Origin: Anthoceros angustus
Lineage: Eukaryota; Plantae; Anthocerotophyta
Direction: 5' to 3'
Length of the DNA: 64,000 nt
NCBI GenBank assembly: GCA_010909165.1
Contig: VJWM01000011.1
Location: 496,001 to 560,000, forward strand
The position numbers and the translations under genes are program-made. This document shows, in pieces, positions 37,153 to 50,443 of the stretch. Every line of letters starts with the position of its first letter. The first letter of the stretch is position 1. The notes beneath the pieces are model-generated. The model ran no database searches. It saw only the letters and a list, made by a program, of their open reading frames with translations, and was not told where the DNA came from.

Positions 37153-40100
37153 TGTCACGACAGTGACCCCGATCGGCATCAGCAAGCCTAAGATCCCACA
37201 AGCGGCGACGGTGGATCCCGCCTCCCATGCCATCGGCGCCACGAGCCCGATCGGAGGAGGCGGACACTCACAGTACCCACACCTCGCGATCCGCCCGGCG
37301 AGGCCGGACATAGCGTTAGCGCTGGTGTCGAATCGCGATCCGTTACCCACCCGTTAGGTGCTAACCTTCGTCCGTAGATAGGAAAACCCGTTACTAACCA
37401 ATCGATGTAAATAACGGTATCTGGCCCAACAAAGGTGATGTTCTTGGTCCGTAAGGACCGAGGTGTATAAAACCCACAGCGTAAATGAAAGCATCAGTGA
37501 TTCGGAGCACATCACGAGCCTCGTTCCCGTCGCGGTCCTCAGCAGTTTGGGCCGTAGCATCTTGGTATCAGAGCCCCGCGATCTTCAACGGCAATCGTCG
37601 GCGGAGGCGGGCGCCACGAGCCCGATCGGACATTATGGCGGACACCGATCGCTCAAGCAGCGGCGACGAGGAGGAGCCAATCGCTTACCGGTTGCGTAGG
37701 CGGCCTCGGATTCTTCCCCTGTCAGCCGAAGACGACCGGAACGCCAGCCCACGGCGGTCGGACGCTCCTCTCCCCGGCGTACGGCCGAGACAATCCCAGG
37801 TGCGTAGACGCTCCCGCGGCCACCCGTCCCGGGCCACGGAGGATCCACAGGATCCCACCATCCCGGAGGTGGAGTCCGAGTACCACACAGAACCAGTCCC
37901 TCGGCGTCGGGGCCGACCTCGGAAAGCTCCCGAGCCCGCCGCCCGAGCTCCTCCCGCACTGGCGACACAGCAGCCAAGGGCGGCCTCGGCATCCTGGACA
38001 CGCCGAGGCCGCCCGACTCCCGGCCCCACAGGGGCGGAAGACCACGGGGTGGAGGCCGTGCAGGGCGTGGACACGCTCGCCGGCCGGGGCGGTCTGCGAG
38101 CCATGGAGTCGGCCCTTACCCGCGTCGAATCTCGATGGTCCGAAGGTCGGCCATTTTGGGCGCCGATTGGAAGGCTTATTGCGACAGGATGCAGTCTACG
38201 AAGAGGCGGCGACGGTGGATCCCGCTCCCATGCCATCAGCCGCGCCACGAGCCCGATCGGAGCCGGCGCCAAGAGGTACTCCGGATCTTGTCCAAGAACC
38301 CAGACCGGTCAGTAATGAAAGAACGGCATCGGTGGGTCATGTGGCAGCACGAAACAGCGAGGAGGAGCAAACCTTGCGCCGGCTGACGGTAAACCTCCTC
38401 CCTGGTGAAAACAACAACAAGGACATCCGAGCGCTGGTAAGGAGGCTGCAGCTCCTACGGTACGAGAATTGGGAGGCCCAGAAGGGTCGGGCCTACCAGG
38501 AGCAACTCGAGTCCCAAGAGGACCTGTCCCTCAGACCCCGCGCACAGCTCGATAAAGAATTACAGCGTAAGATCAGAACCACGACCTTCAATGGAAACGA
38601 AAAAGATGCACAAGCGGTTCATGACTGGCTGGACAAGCTGGACAAGTACCTCAGCGCCTCGGAGAAGGACGACCAGCAGAAGATACAATTCTGCGTTATG
38701 TCGCTGGAAGGGTACGCTCACAGGAGGTGGAGTCCGTACCACAGGCAGTCCCCGGCGTCGGGGCCGACCTCGGAAAGCTCCGAGCCGCCCGAGCTCCTCC
38801 CGCACTGGCAACACAGCAGCCAAGGGCGCCGCCTCGGCATCCTGGACACGCACGAGGCCGCCCGACTCCCGGCCCCACAGGGGCGGAAGACCACGGGGTG
38901 GAGGCTGGAAAAGCAAGTAGAATTGGGCATGGAAGCCCCATCTACTCTGGCCCTCCTTCCGCCAAATCTTCCTCGAACACTTCCGCCAACCACCACCGGA
39001 ATCTGATTACCGCTCGAAGATTCACCAAGAAGGTAATGTGCAAGAATCTGCGATAAAATTGCACTAACCTTGGACATGCCCCGCTGACGAGGAATGTAAA
39101 ATCGAGCGCTTCATCGATGGTGAAATTCGACCTTGAGCCGACAACCGAGACAGCACACCGGTCAAGCAATGAAAGCGGCGATTAATTACGGCAATAACAA
39201 GTACAAGCATGCCAACACCCAACTGCGAAGCCCAAATGGGGACAAGCAAACGCGATGGAAAAGAAACCGACCTTCAAGCTCTTGGCGAGGAGGAGCGGAA
39301 GATACAATTGCGTTATGTCGGCGGAAGAATGCAGCGTCTGGTTGGTGGAAGCGTGGAAAAGCAAGTAGAATTGGGCATGGAAGCCCCATCTACTCTGGCC
39401 CTCCTTAGCCAAATCTTCCTCGAACACTTCACGCGATCAACCACGGAGGCTATCACGATTGGAAGATTCACCCAGTGCGTGCAAGAATCTGCGATAAATT
39501 TACTGCGGCTAACCTTGGACATGCCCGCTGGGCGAGCAATCGGCGCTTCATCGATGGTGAAATTCGACCTTGAGCCGGCGTCAACGCAGCCACACACGGT
39601 GAAGCAATGAAAGCGGCGATTAATTACGGCAATAACAAGTACAAGCATGCCAACACCCAACTGCGAAGCCCAAATGGGGACAAGCAAACGCGATGGAAAA
39701 GAAACCGACCTTCAAGCTCTTGGCGAGGAGGAGCGGAAGATACAATTGCGTTATGTCGGCGGAAGAATGCAGCGTCTGGTTGGTGGAAGCGTGGAAAAGC
39801 AAGTAGAATTGGGCATGGAAGCCCCATCTACTCTGGCCCTCCTTAGCCAAATCTTCCTCGAACACTTCACGCGATCAACCACGGAGGCTATCACGATTGG
39901 AAGATTCACCCAGTGCGTGCAAGAATCTGCGATAAATTTACTGCGGCTAACCTTGGACATGCCCGCTGGGCGAGCAATCGGCGCTTCATCGATGGTGAAA
40001 TTCGACCTTGAGCCGGCGTCAACGCAGCCACACACGGTGAAGCAATGAAAGCGGCGATTAATTACGGCAATAACAAGTACAAGCATGCCAACACCCAACT

Positions 40101-43100
40101 GCGAAGCCCAAATGGGGACAAGCGGCAAGCGATGGAAAAGAAACCGACCTTCAAGCTCTTGGCGAGGAGGCGGAAGAAATGTCGGGACAAACACTTGTGC
40201 TTCACATGTGCCTCCACCGACCACGGGTCGAGTCATGCCCACACCGTCGGGACTTCATCAACTGGCTCAAAGAGACGGGCCAGACCACCCGCCCCTCAGT
40301 GGGATTAGGAGGTAAGCCCAAGAGCAACCAGGGGGTCAAGATCGAGGAGATCGAGGAACCCCCGAAATCAGCTGCTTCGGCGCGGCAGGTCGGCCAAACC
40401 TCCGACTCGCCCGACTCCCCCAACCTGTCCCACATACCGATCAAGATGCCAGTAAGCATCAGAGGAGAGCGGGCAACAGCGCTGCTGGACTCAGGAGCCA
40501 GCCACCATTTCATCTCGCAGTCGGCGGCCAACCGCGCAGGTATCCCATCAGGGACACCGGACGAGTGTCGACGGTGGTCACCGCGCTGAACGGCAAGGAG
40601 ACCGACAAGGAGCGGAGCGCCACCGCCACCGTGGTTTTTCCTGGAGGACACCAAGAGGAACTGGAGTTCACAGTCGTGCCCGCCCTTTGCCACGATCTCA
40701 TCGTCGGCAAACCGTGGCTTGCCCACCACTCCAAGCACCTGCAAATTGACTGGGCACACAACACGGTTAGGTTGCAAGTCGGTGGCACCCAATATGTCAT
40801 GCAGGGGGACAGATACATCCCCGACAAATTGTTGTTTGCAGTATCGGCCCTCAATAAAGCAGCTGCCCCGGGCAACGTTATGTACATCGCCCGGCTCAAG
40901 AGAGTCTTACCTCTGGAGGGTACGGCAGAGTCCCGGGCCGCTCAGGCCGCCGACACGGAGGCTGCACTTCCGCAGGCCATGAAGGATCTGCTCACAGAAT
41001 TCGCCGACCGGTTCGAGCCGCCCAGCGAACTTCCCCCACGGCGGTCTGTGGACCACGCCATCGAGCTTCTGCCCGGGCACAAACCGGTTAGTATACCGCC
41101 TTATCGCACGGGTGCTGCAGAAAGCGAAGAAATCAAGAGGCAGGTGGATGAACTCTTACAGCAGGGCTTCGTTCGGCCCTCGGTGTCGCCCTTTGGTGCA
41201 CCCGTGATACTGGTGGCCAAACCCGACGGCAGTTGGAGGTTGTGCGTCGATTACCGCGGCCTGAACAAGGCAACCATCAGGAACGTGTACCAGATGCCCA
41301 GAATCGATGAGATTCTGGACCAACTCCATGGGACACGTTACTTCACCAAGATCGACCTGAGGTCAGGGTTTTACCAGATCAGAATCCGGGAAGGCGATGA
41401 ACACAAGACCGCCTTCCGCACAAGGCACGGCCACTTCGAGTGGGTCGTTATGGCGTTCGGGCTCACCAACGCCCCCGCCACCTTCCAGTGTCTCATGCAA
41501 GAGATCCTGAGGCCGCCGCCACGGTGGAGGTCTTCGACGACATCCTAATCTACACAAGCAGTCCAGAGGAACACTATCAGTTATTCCGACGAGTCATGGA
41601 ACTCCTTCGTAAGCATAATCTCGCAAAGAGAAGCAAGTGCGTCTTTATGCGGGAAAAATCACGAATACAGGGCACATCATGCGGCCGGTATCTCGATTGA
41701 CACCCGCAAAACCAAGGCAATTATGGAGTGGCCCTTCCAATGACGTGACTCAGCTGCGAGGCTTCCTCGGCATGGCGGTTTCTACCATGGTTCGTCCGGT
41801 GTCATTGCCATGCCATTGACAGAGGCCCTCAAAGCATCCGCCGGCAAGGCCATCACGTTGGGAAAAGACGCCGAAGAGGCCTTCTCTCTCTTGAAACGGC
41901 TCCTCGGCCCTCGGCATCTCGATTACGGAAGGCGATGAACACAAGACCGCCTTCCGCACAAGGCACACGACGCCCGATCAGCATTGGGGCCGTGTTGTCC
42001 CAAAACGGCAGGGTCATCGCCTACGAGTCCTGTAAGCTACAGGGTGCACAACGTAACTACGCTATGCACGACAAGGAAATGTTAGCCATCATACACGCCA
42101 CCAAGGTATGGCGCCACTACCTACTCGGCCAACATTTCACTTGCTTCACTGACCACCATTCGCTACAACACTTTTTCAACCAGCCCCTACTCAACGCACG
42201 ACAGCGGCGCTGGTCCGAACACTTAGCTGATTATGATATGGACATCAAATCGTGGCGGGACCCTCCAACGCCGCGCAGACGCGCAGGAGGGCTGCACCTT
42301 GATGGTGACCGGAAACCCTGCGCCAAGTTCGCGCAGCTCTGCCAAAGGACCCAAAATGGTGGTCAGTTTATCAACAGGTGTTAGCAGACACGCAAGCCGG
42401 CATACCCACTAGCCTCCTGCAGTCTACTCTATCAAGGACGCAAACCTGTATCGGAAGGGCCGTTTGGTCATACCAACCCAGCTGACCCAACTCCGACGGG
42501 CCATCCTACACGACCTGCACGACAGCCCGATCTCAGGACACCTCGGCATCGACAAAACTTATGCGAGGGTCAAGCAGCATTACCATTGGGAGGACATGCG
42601 CGCGGATGTCATAGCATGGGTCCGCTCCTGCACCTCCTGCCAACAGGTCAAACCCGAGCATCAGAAACTCCCTAGGCTGCTGCAACCCTTACAGATCCCG
42701 CTTGGCCGATTTCAGTCCATCTCCATGGACTTCATCACTCACCTACCTCGGACACGCTCCGGCAAGGACAGCATCTGGGTGATTGTCGACCGATTGTCCA
42801 AGGTTTGCCACCTAGTCCCCACCATGCCTACGCCGCCAAGAACCGCCTGATGTTTATCCGGAAGTGTTTCTACCGCATGGCGCCCGGAAAGTATCGTGTC
42901 CGACAGACACGAAGTTCACATCTCGCCTGAAGACGCTCACGAATCCTCGGGATCCGGCAACTCATGTCCACCGCCACCCCGAGACAGATGACGAGAAGCA
43001 CAACCAAGTCTCAAGACATGCCGCGCCACTTACGCGGGAAAAACAAGGACGGTGGGAGGAGCTTTTACCTCTTATGGAGTACGCGATAACTCCTCCAAGC

Positions 43101-44293
43101 ATGCCTCAACCGAGTCGCCCCTTCAAGCTCTTGTATGGCGAATGCCCACCACCTCGGCCTCGGCCCCTCCTCCCAACGCCAATGGCAAAGCGCAGAACTC
43201 ACGGAGGATGTGTTTCACGAAGTTCATGAGGCACGCAAGAAGTCAGGCATGACACAAGAGACATGTCGACAAGGACGCCCATCTCTTACCAGGTTGGACT
43301 GATGGTGTGGCTTCGTATGAAGCCCCATAGGTATCCCTCTCTAGTGCAGAAGCCCGGCAAGCTCGCTGCATCGGCCAGGGTCCTTTCCCATCACCACGCA
43401 TCAACCCGGTCGCATATCAGTTGGGCTTGCCGGCAGACTGGAAGATGTGCCGGACGTTCCATGTCTCTATGCTCAAACCCTGGGTTCCCCGCCCCCGCCA
43501 CCTCCAGCCAGAGGACACAGCACAGCTACTCAGCCCCTCAGCATCTCCTGATCAGACCCATGGGACCCCGGTACAGGAAGACCGCGTCTCATCAGCCGGC
43601 CCTAACCCTCTTCATCCGCCCCCGGCTGCTCCAGACCACGGCCCCTCACGGTCTTCTACAACCGGACCCGACCGCATCCTAGCCAAGCGCCAGCGTCGTC
43701 TGCGCTCTCGGACGATCACAGATTTCCTGATCGGATGGGCCAACGAGCCCGATGCAGCCGCCACATGGGAGACAGAAGCTTGGTGCAACTGTTTCCCTCA
43801 GCTCCGCACCCATGGTCAGGAGGACCAGACCAGCCTCAGTGGGGGAGAATGTCACGACAGTGACCCCGATCGGCATCAGCAAGCCTAAGATCCCACACCG
43901 ACGTAAGGAGGCCGACAGCCACAGCCACAGGACGCAGCCTGCCCGCAGCGGAGAGGGCCAGGACACTCACAGGGTACCCACACCTCGCAGTCCCGCCGAC
44001 AGCCAGAGGCCGGACATAGCGTTAGCGCGCGTAACAGAGTGTCAGAATCGCCAGTCCCGTTACCCCACCCGTTAGGGGTGCTAACCCCTTCACGTCCCGT
44101 AGATAGGAAAACCCCGTTACTAACCAATCGATGTAAATAACCAGACTGTACCGGCCCAACAAGCTGGATGTTCTTGGTCCGTAAGGACCGAGGTGTATAA
44201 AAACCCACAGCGTAAATGAAAGCATCAGGCTGATTCGGAGCACATCACGGAGCCTCGTTCCCGTCACGGTCCTCAGCAGTTTGGGCCGTAGCA
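37153..44293 (+). mobile_element. Full-length Ty3/gypsy chromovirus LTR retrotransposon, with frameshifted or scrambled gag-pol
   Basis: LTRs 37153-37559 and 43850-44293 (TGTCACGAC...GTAGCA); TSD TGCAA on both sides; tRNA-iMet PBS TGGTATCAGAGCC at 37563-37575; PPT ggggggagaa-like before 43850. Protease [37 protein letters not shown], RNase H DKEMLAII/TDHHSL, integrase HDSPISGHLG..CTSCQ/SMDFI, chromodomain RILAKR..FLIGWANEPDAAATWE. Confidence 0.96.
39164..40150 (+). repeat. 438-bp tandem duplication inside gag
   Basis: aagcaatgaaagcggcg at ~39164, 39602 and 40040; identical ORFs at 39209 and 39647. Confidence 0.9.
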
Positions 44294-45667
44294 TGCAAGA
44301 TTCTAGAATGTACCATAGAAACTTAGCTCCCAATTAGAGGCTTCCCCATTTATGGACTGTACGTACGTATTACTTAGGTGGTAGAAAAGTCTGCAGCGAT
44401 CGTCAAAGAGACGAGTGACGACCAGGCGACTCATCATGACGAGGCGACTATGAAACGTCATTCTTTGCCAGGCAAGACCAGGTATGTATGTATGTATGTA
44501 TGTACATATGGCAATACAATGGGCATGAGATGTGAATATTTGGGGAAACGAACGGTGGTGCTGCCATGATCGGGCATGCGATCCATCATCCCGTAATTTG
44601 GGGGATTTTGGTTGCACCTTTGTGCCAGCAGATGGCGTGGCGCCTGGCGCCCACCCCCGGATCCCGCCGCATATCCCGCTCCCGTTTCCGCGCGTGCTAT
44701 TCGCCCACGTGAGGGGCCGCCCCCGGCGTCCCACTCTTGCCCTAAATCATAACCCCCGGCCACATACATAATTGCTATGTCGGTGTGGTGCCTTACCAAA
44801 TTCCAACCCCGATATGTATCGAGGGTGTATAATACCTGGCCGCAATATCTACGTAGCGACAATACCTGGAAAGTCGAAACCGCAATTTCGATTCAATTTT
44901 TATCCGCCTACGCCTGAGACCCGACGAACGCTCTCTGGCTTTGGGGGCGGGAGGGGAGAGAAAAGTAGGCAGCCTGTCGGGACGGAGGCGGGGCCCAGCT
45001 GGGGGGCCACCAAATCTGCTTCCAGATTCTCGCAGTCAAACCCTTAACAGCCCCCGCGCTAAGGGCCACACGCTGTCCGCGCCCGTTACCGTTATCGCTG
45101 CTAGGGCCAATGGCCGATGGCCGATGGCCAATGGCAGGCGATGGCGGGCGGGCAGCCCGGCCCGCCCTGCTTGTCGCCTTGTGTGGCGCTCTGTGTCTGG
45201 ACTCTGGAGCTCCGCCTCCAGCTCCAACAGGCCCAGCCGAGCAGCCGAGGAAGGGGACGCATATCTGCAGCGCCGCTCTCCCTTCTCTCTGTCGCCACTC
45301 GTCGCGTCGCAGTCTCCTGCTCTGTTGCTGCTGTGTCTCCTCTGTTGCGGCTCCCCAGCTTGGCTTGCCTGCCTCCGGCGGCTGGTCTGCTCGTCTCTCT
45401 CGTATCCTGTCTGCCTGCCTCCTGCTGCTGCTGCTGCTGCTGCTCTTCGTCGCTCCCGAGGCGAGGGACCCTGCTGGCTGCGCTGCCTTCCTGCCTCCCT
45501 CCCCAGGACATCCCAGCTCCGAGTCTAGGGTGCACGTAGCCGGGGGGGCAGGGGGGGCCGGGATGCCGTGAGGCCTGCTCCACTGCGGACACCTGCTTCA
45601 TGGGGCTGCCAGCAATGGCAATGGCGGCCTTGTAGCGCGGCGCGGAGGGCAGCTCAGGGGCGGCAGG

Positions 45668-46692
45668 ATGGTGCGCAAGAGCAAGAGCAAGAGCAGGAGC
45701 CAGAGCAAGGTTGCCGGGGAGGATAAAGTGAGCGCCGCGGAGTTTCACGTCCTGGCTGTGGATGACAGCAGCATTGACCGGAAATTGATAGAGAGGCTGC
45801 TCAAGACCTCGTCCTACAAAGGTTGGTGCTTGCTCTTCTTCAGCTGCTGCACCTTCCCACGCCGGATGAGTGTCGCAAGTAGGTGAATTCATGGCGTTGC
45901 TCATGACGCGAGCTTTTGGCACTTGCTGTCACAGTGACTTCGGTTGATAGCGCATTGAGAGCGTTGGAAATTCTCGGCTTGGCGGAAGAGCACTCTCCGC
46001 TCACCACTCAGGTACGAAGGTAGTGGTAGTTACACAGCAGGCAGGGAGGGCGTGGCCGGGGCGCCTGCATACGGGACTGATACTGACAGGCGGGAGCACT
46101 TGTGTGTGTTGTTGTGCAGCCGTTTGAGATCAATCTGATCATCACCGACTACTGCATGCCTGCAATGACAGGATACGATCTTTTGAAGCGGGTTAAGGTG
46201 AGGTTTACCTTCTCCGGCCTCTGCCGCATATCAGGGCATCTCTGTCATGTTGTGGCTCAGCTTATCTGGAATTGGAATGCTGCAGGAAACGTCTGCCCTG
46301 AAGGAAATTCCCGTGGTCATCATGTCGTCTGAGAACGTCTCGTCTCGCATAGAGGAGTAAGTCCGACAACTGCCTTAGATGATGAGCTGAGACGGAAGTA
46401 TGCAGAGCTATCATAGGTTCGTCTGACTGATCCACTCCCGTTCCTGCTGTCGTTGTGCAGTTGCAAAGCGGAGGGTGCGGAAGACTTCATCCTCAAGCCT
46501 GTGCAGTTGGAAGATGTCAAGAGGTTGAGGGGGTTCATCACCGGTAGCCGGGGCCGGGCGCTCTCCCTCCCCAAGGCCAGCTCCAGTGGTCAGTCCTGTC
46601 CTAAGCGGAAGATGACGTCGCCAGAGGTTGCTGGACGCCAAGTTCAAGCTTCCGACAGGCGAAGTCGGATGAACCGGCTAGCTGTTTCGTAG
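45668..46692 (+). CDS. Type-A response regulator (cytokinin two-component signalling), 5 exons
   Basis: Exons 45668-45821, 45935-46011, 46120-46197, 46286-~46356 and 46461-46692; [60 protein letters not shown]; no Myb/GARP domain. Confidence 0.93.
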
Positions 46693-48894
46693 AACATCTG
46701 TGCCGTGCCAGCCACTCTCTGTACTCCAGTCCTTCCCTGCGCTCATGGCTGGCTGGCTGCCTTTGCTCCCTTGCTCCTCGTTTATCTGAAACACACACTA
46801 ACTCTCTCCCCAACATCAAGGGCATGTGGTCCTCTCTCCCACAGCCTGAAACCCCTGAGGAGGATAATTTTTCCAAGGATGAACATGTTCGGGTGGACCT
46901 GGTTGCGGAATTTTTTGGTACCCTTTTGGATGGTCAAGCTTTGCCTTGCCTTCTCTGCCACGGTTTCCTTCCATTTCTGAGGAATACAGAATCGCTGAAG
47001 ATATAATTGCACAAATGCCCTCATGAGTGCCGCACGAGCTCTCCTCTGTACAGGCATGTCTGCGGCCATTGGGAGGCCCGGTCTAAGCAGCAGTCTGGCA
47101 GTACAAAACATGCATGATTGGCCCTAGATGTGTTTGCCTGCTTGGAGTCCCCGATGAAGCAGCAGTGGCCAGTAGCAGGAGCTATGGCTGGCCGGTAGCA
47201 GGAGCAATGGCGTCATCCTGAGCGAAAACACATGCCGATCCTGCACCTGAGGAAAGCCTCACAGGTCACAAAAATTCAGAATAACGACCACTGGTTTACC
47301 ACATAGAGTATGGGACACTCCTCGAGCAGAACAATTCCGATTCGAGGTCCCACACCGGACAGATTACTCAGAGTCAATTTTCAGGACAACCTTTTGCGGT
47401 TTGTGGTCAAGCACATTGTTGGTACGAACTACGAACACACACCATCCAATGCCACACCTCGTAAGCAGCAACACACATGCAAAAATCAAGGCTCACTACC
47501 GGAGCAGATGTCCACTCAAGACCTCAACCTCCACCGAGAAGACCAGAGAGCTTTAAAAGCTTCCGAAGATCTTATGCAAGCTCCGCAGCACCAGCTTCAC
47601 AGCCTTTCACAAAACCTCGGGATATGGCGTCTCGCTGCTTGACACAAAAAGGTCAAAAGCACATATACTTGTCGACAAAGAAAATGATGATCTGCCGAAA
47701 CAGTTGAAAGTTGAAAGCGGGCAACACCCACATCGGCCTGCAATTTACAATGTATGTGAACATCTTGCAGGTTGAACATACATGTAAGCGCTCTACAATC
47801 ACCAAATCTACATGAATGGAAACATACATTGCGCACACCTCGCCTAGTAGAATATAGCTGCTATTGGCCTCTGCCATGTTGCACTGCTCTGTTTCCAGGT
47901 TTTGAGACATCCTACATTTAATTAGAGATCGGATACACCTATTTTTAAGTTCGATGACATTGCCACATTCAATAATAAGAGATCGGATATACTTATTTCC
48001 ATGTTCGATATATCTGTGTGTTCTACATTGTGTAATTTGGTAATGATGGATGAGTAATAAAAAACATACTACTCACGAAGTTCAAATGGGGAAAGTCCAA
48101 TGACAGTCCCACTACTTCCATGTTCAATGTATATGACTGCTGTGAAATCCGTGTATCTGTCTTGACATCATGTATTTTGGTAATGATAAAGGAGTAAATA
48201 AAAGTACGAAGTTCAAACATAAGCCTCAATCTCTCAGGCTCTTTCCAATGATATCAGTCTTGCCCCCATGCGACTTTCGATGGAAGCAAGCAAATCCTCC
48301 CTCATCGTTTGTGAAGTTTCGGAAAGGCCGACGGCTAACCGTGGCAGTTGGGCCTGATTTTCCACACTCTCGGCTTACATTACTCGATGCCGGGAAAGCC
48401 GAGTACACTTACTATCTAGACTACAAGGGATGATCAAGAGTGAGACCACATCTAATGAATTGAATTGAATTGATCAAAATTGAGTTATTAAAAATTTTTA
48501 TTTAATAAATATAATACATTGAAAAGATTGCTTGCATAACACTTACCTTTTGAATTAGCCAAAAAAAACACTCAATTTTTGTATACTATTTATGACTTAG
48601 TGGGCTTTTTTCTATACTTAATAATAAAGTTAGTACCGCAATTCAAGGCGTTCGTTAGGGATCTCCTTTTCGCGACATATTGGTGTAAATAGGATCACTT
48701 ATCTTTAAGTATTACATAGAATCCCTCACTTTCTTCCACACATGTTAACAGTTGCTTACCCTAACCCACCGAGGGGGCATAACAAGTGGAGGTTGGGGTT
48801 GTGCACTTGGAGAATATAACGGATATATTGCACTTTTGGATTCATCCTTATTTATTACCACTCTCGTAAGGTTGTAAAGGGAGAACTTTTGGTA

Positions 48895-49560
48895 CTAGGT
48901 TAGTAAGAAACTTTCATGTAATGCCAACCCCCCACATCAAAGTCTTTTGACGCATGTTTTTCAAATACTGAACCAAACTTTTTGTATGACACTAATTCAT
49001 GTTAAAATTTCCTTTCGTAGAAAATTCTTCCCTCTACATTACAAGAAAATAATATAAATATTTTTACCAATATATCCAATCCATATGCTAAAGAACTTTT
49101 CAAAGAAACTCACCAATCCCTCAAGAAATGAGTCATTATTACATGGATATTCATTTAATATTCTGGGTTTTGGAAAGGCTGTTTCTTGGACTATGTGTCT
49201 TATTTTTTCAGAAAAATATAATTCTATGAAGAAAAATATTGATAAAAATATTTTTATTAAAAAACAAGGCACATAGTCCAAGAAAAGGCCTTTCCAATGC
49301 GCCAAAATCTGCACCATGGGATTAGTATCCTCGTAGTAATGGCTTTCGTTTCTTGAGGGGTTGGTGAGTTTTTTGAAAGATTCTTTTGTGTTTCGACCGA
49401 ATATAATGGTCAAGAGTTTTTACAATGTAGAGGGCCAACCTCTTCACGAAAGCCTACCTTAACATGGATAAGTATCATAAAAACAATGTGCACAATGGTA
49501 AGAAAAAATGCCAAGAACCTCAATTTGAGTGGGTTGGGCAGTTTCGTATTAAGTAACCTT
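48895..49560. mobile_element. Foldback or long imperfect inverted repeat (MITE-like), centre ~49230
   Basis: Paired arms, e.g. tttcttggactatgtg/cacatagtccaagaaa, aaactcaccaatccctcaagaaa/tttcttgaggggttggtgagttt, ccctctacatt/aatgtagaggg; ORFs on both strands share KKLTNPSRNES. Confidence 0.8.
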
Positions 49561-49582
49561 TGACAATATTGAATAACATGTG

Positions 49583-49641
49583 TCACCTTTCCCTCACGGT
49601 ACTTGTACGCTATTGGTCACTGAGAAATACTTAGGCTTAGA
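49583..49641 (-). pseudogene. Short organellar LSU rRNA fragment, most like mitochondrial rrn26 (NUMT)
   Basis: tcacctttccctcacggtacttgtacgctattggtcactgagaaatacttaggcttaga is the reverse complement of the conserved LSU rRNA segment GTACCGTGAGGGAAAGGTGA. Mitochondrial assignment is from recalled similarity. Confidence 0.7.
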
Positions 49642-50443
49642 TCTATGATGTAAAGCTCTTTGAGGCCCCTTGGCACACTATGAACTCTCGTGTTCACTAG
49701 CCAGTTTTATTGCTACTAAGATAAGGTGTGCATGCGCAACCCCAAAGTTGATTGCCTCTAAGACGGGATGTACATCCCCAACCCCAATTGCTCTTGGCCC
49801 TCGGCCTATGTGTGTCCAAATGGCTTAGGCCAAATAGACATAACATTTATAAGAACGCCGTGATTAACCATCCTGAGCTCAGATAGGTACTTAGATGGGG
49901 TGCCTAAAGGGAGTGGATGCCCTTGGTGCAAGTAACCTAGGCACACCATGGTACAAGTTGTTAAGTACCAAGTCCCATGACGGAAATTCGTCCTTAGTGG
50001 ACTCAAATAAAATTCTACTTCTTCTTCTTCTATGTGTTTTAAGTGGCGCAAAGGGGGTGGCGCACACGTTGTAAGGCCCTTGGTGCCCTTCAATGAATTC
50101 ATGGGTCAAGTAAACCTCGGCTAGTAGTACTATTGAAATGGCATGCACATCCCCATTCCCTGATTGCTCTTCGCCCCTAGTGGGCTACATGTTGTAAGGC
50201 CTTTCGGCCCTTCTTATACATCTGCTACATGTTGTAAGGCCCTTTGGCCTCTCATATACCTGTTCGCTGTTGTAGGTCTCTTTGGGCTTTCTAATTAAGT
50301 GAAATAAGACCTTCTCACTTAAAGAAAAATCACTCATTCGACACAGTCACTTTTGAAATAATTAATTTTATTTAAAAATATAATTTACAAACATGAAATA
50401 ATATTTTATGTAAAACAAGCTAATTCAATAATCAACAATCTTA

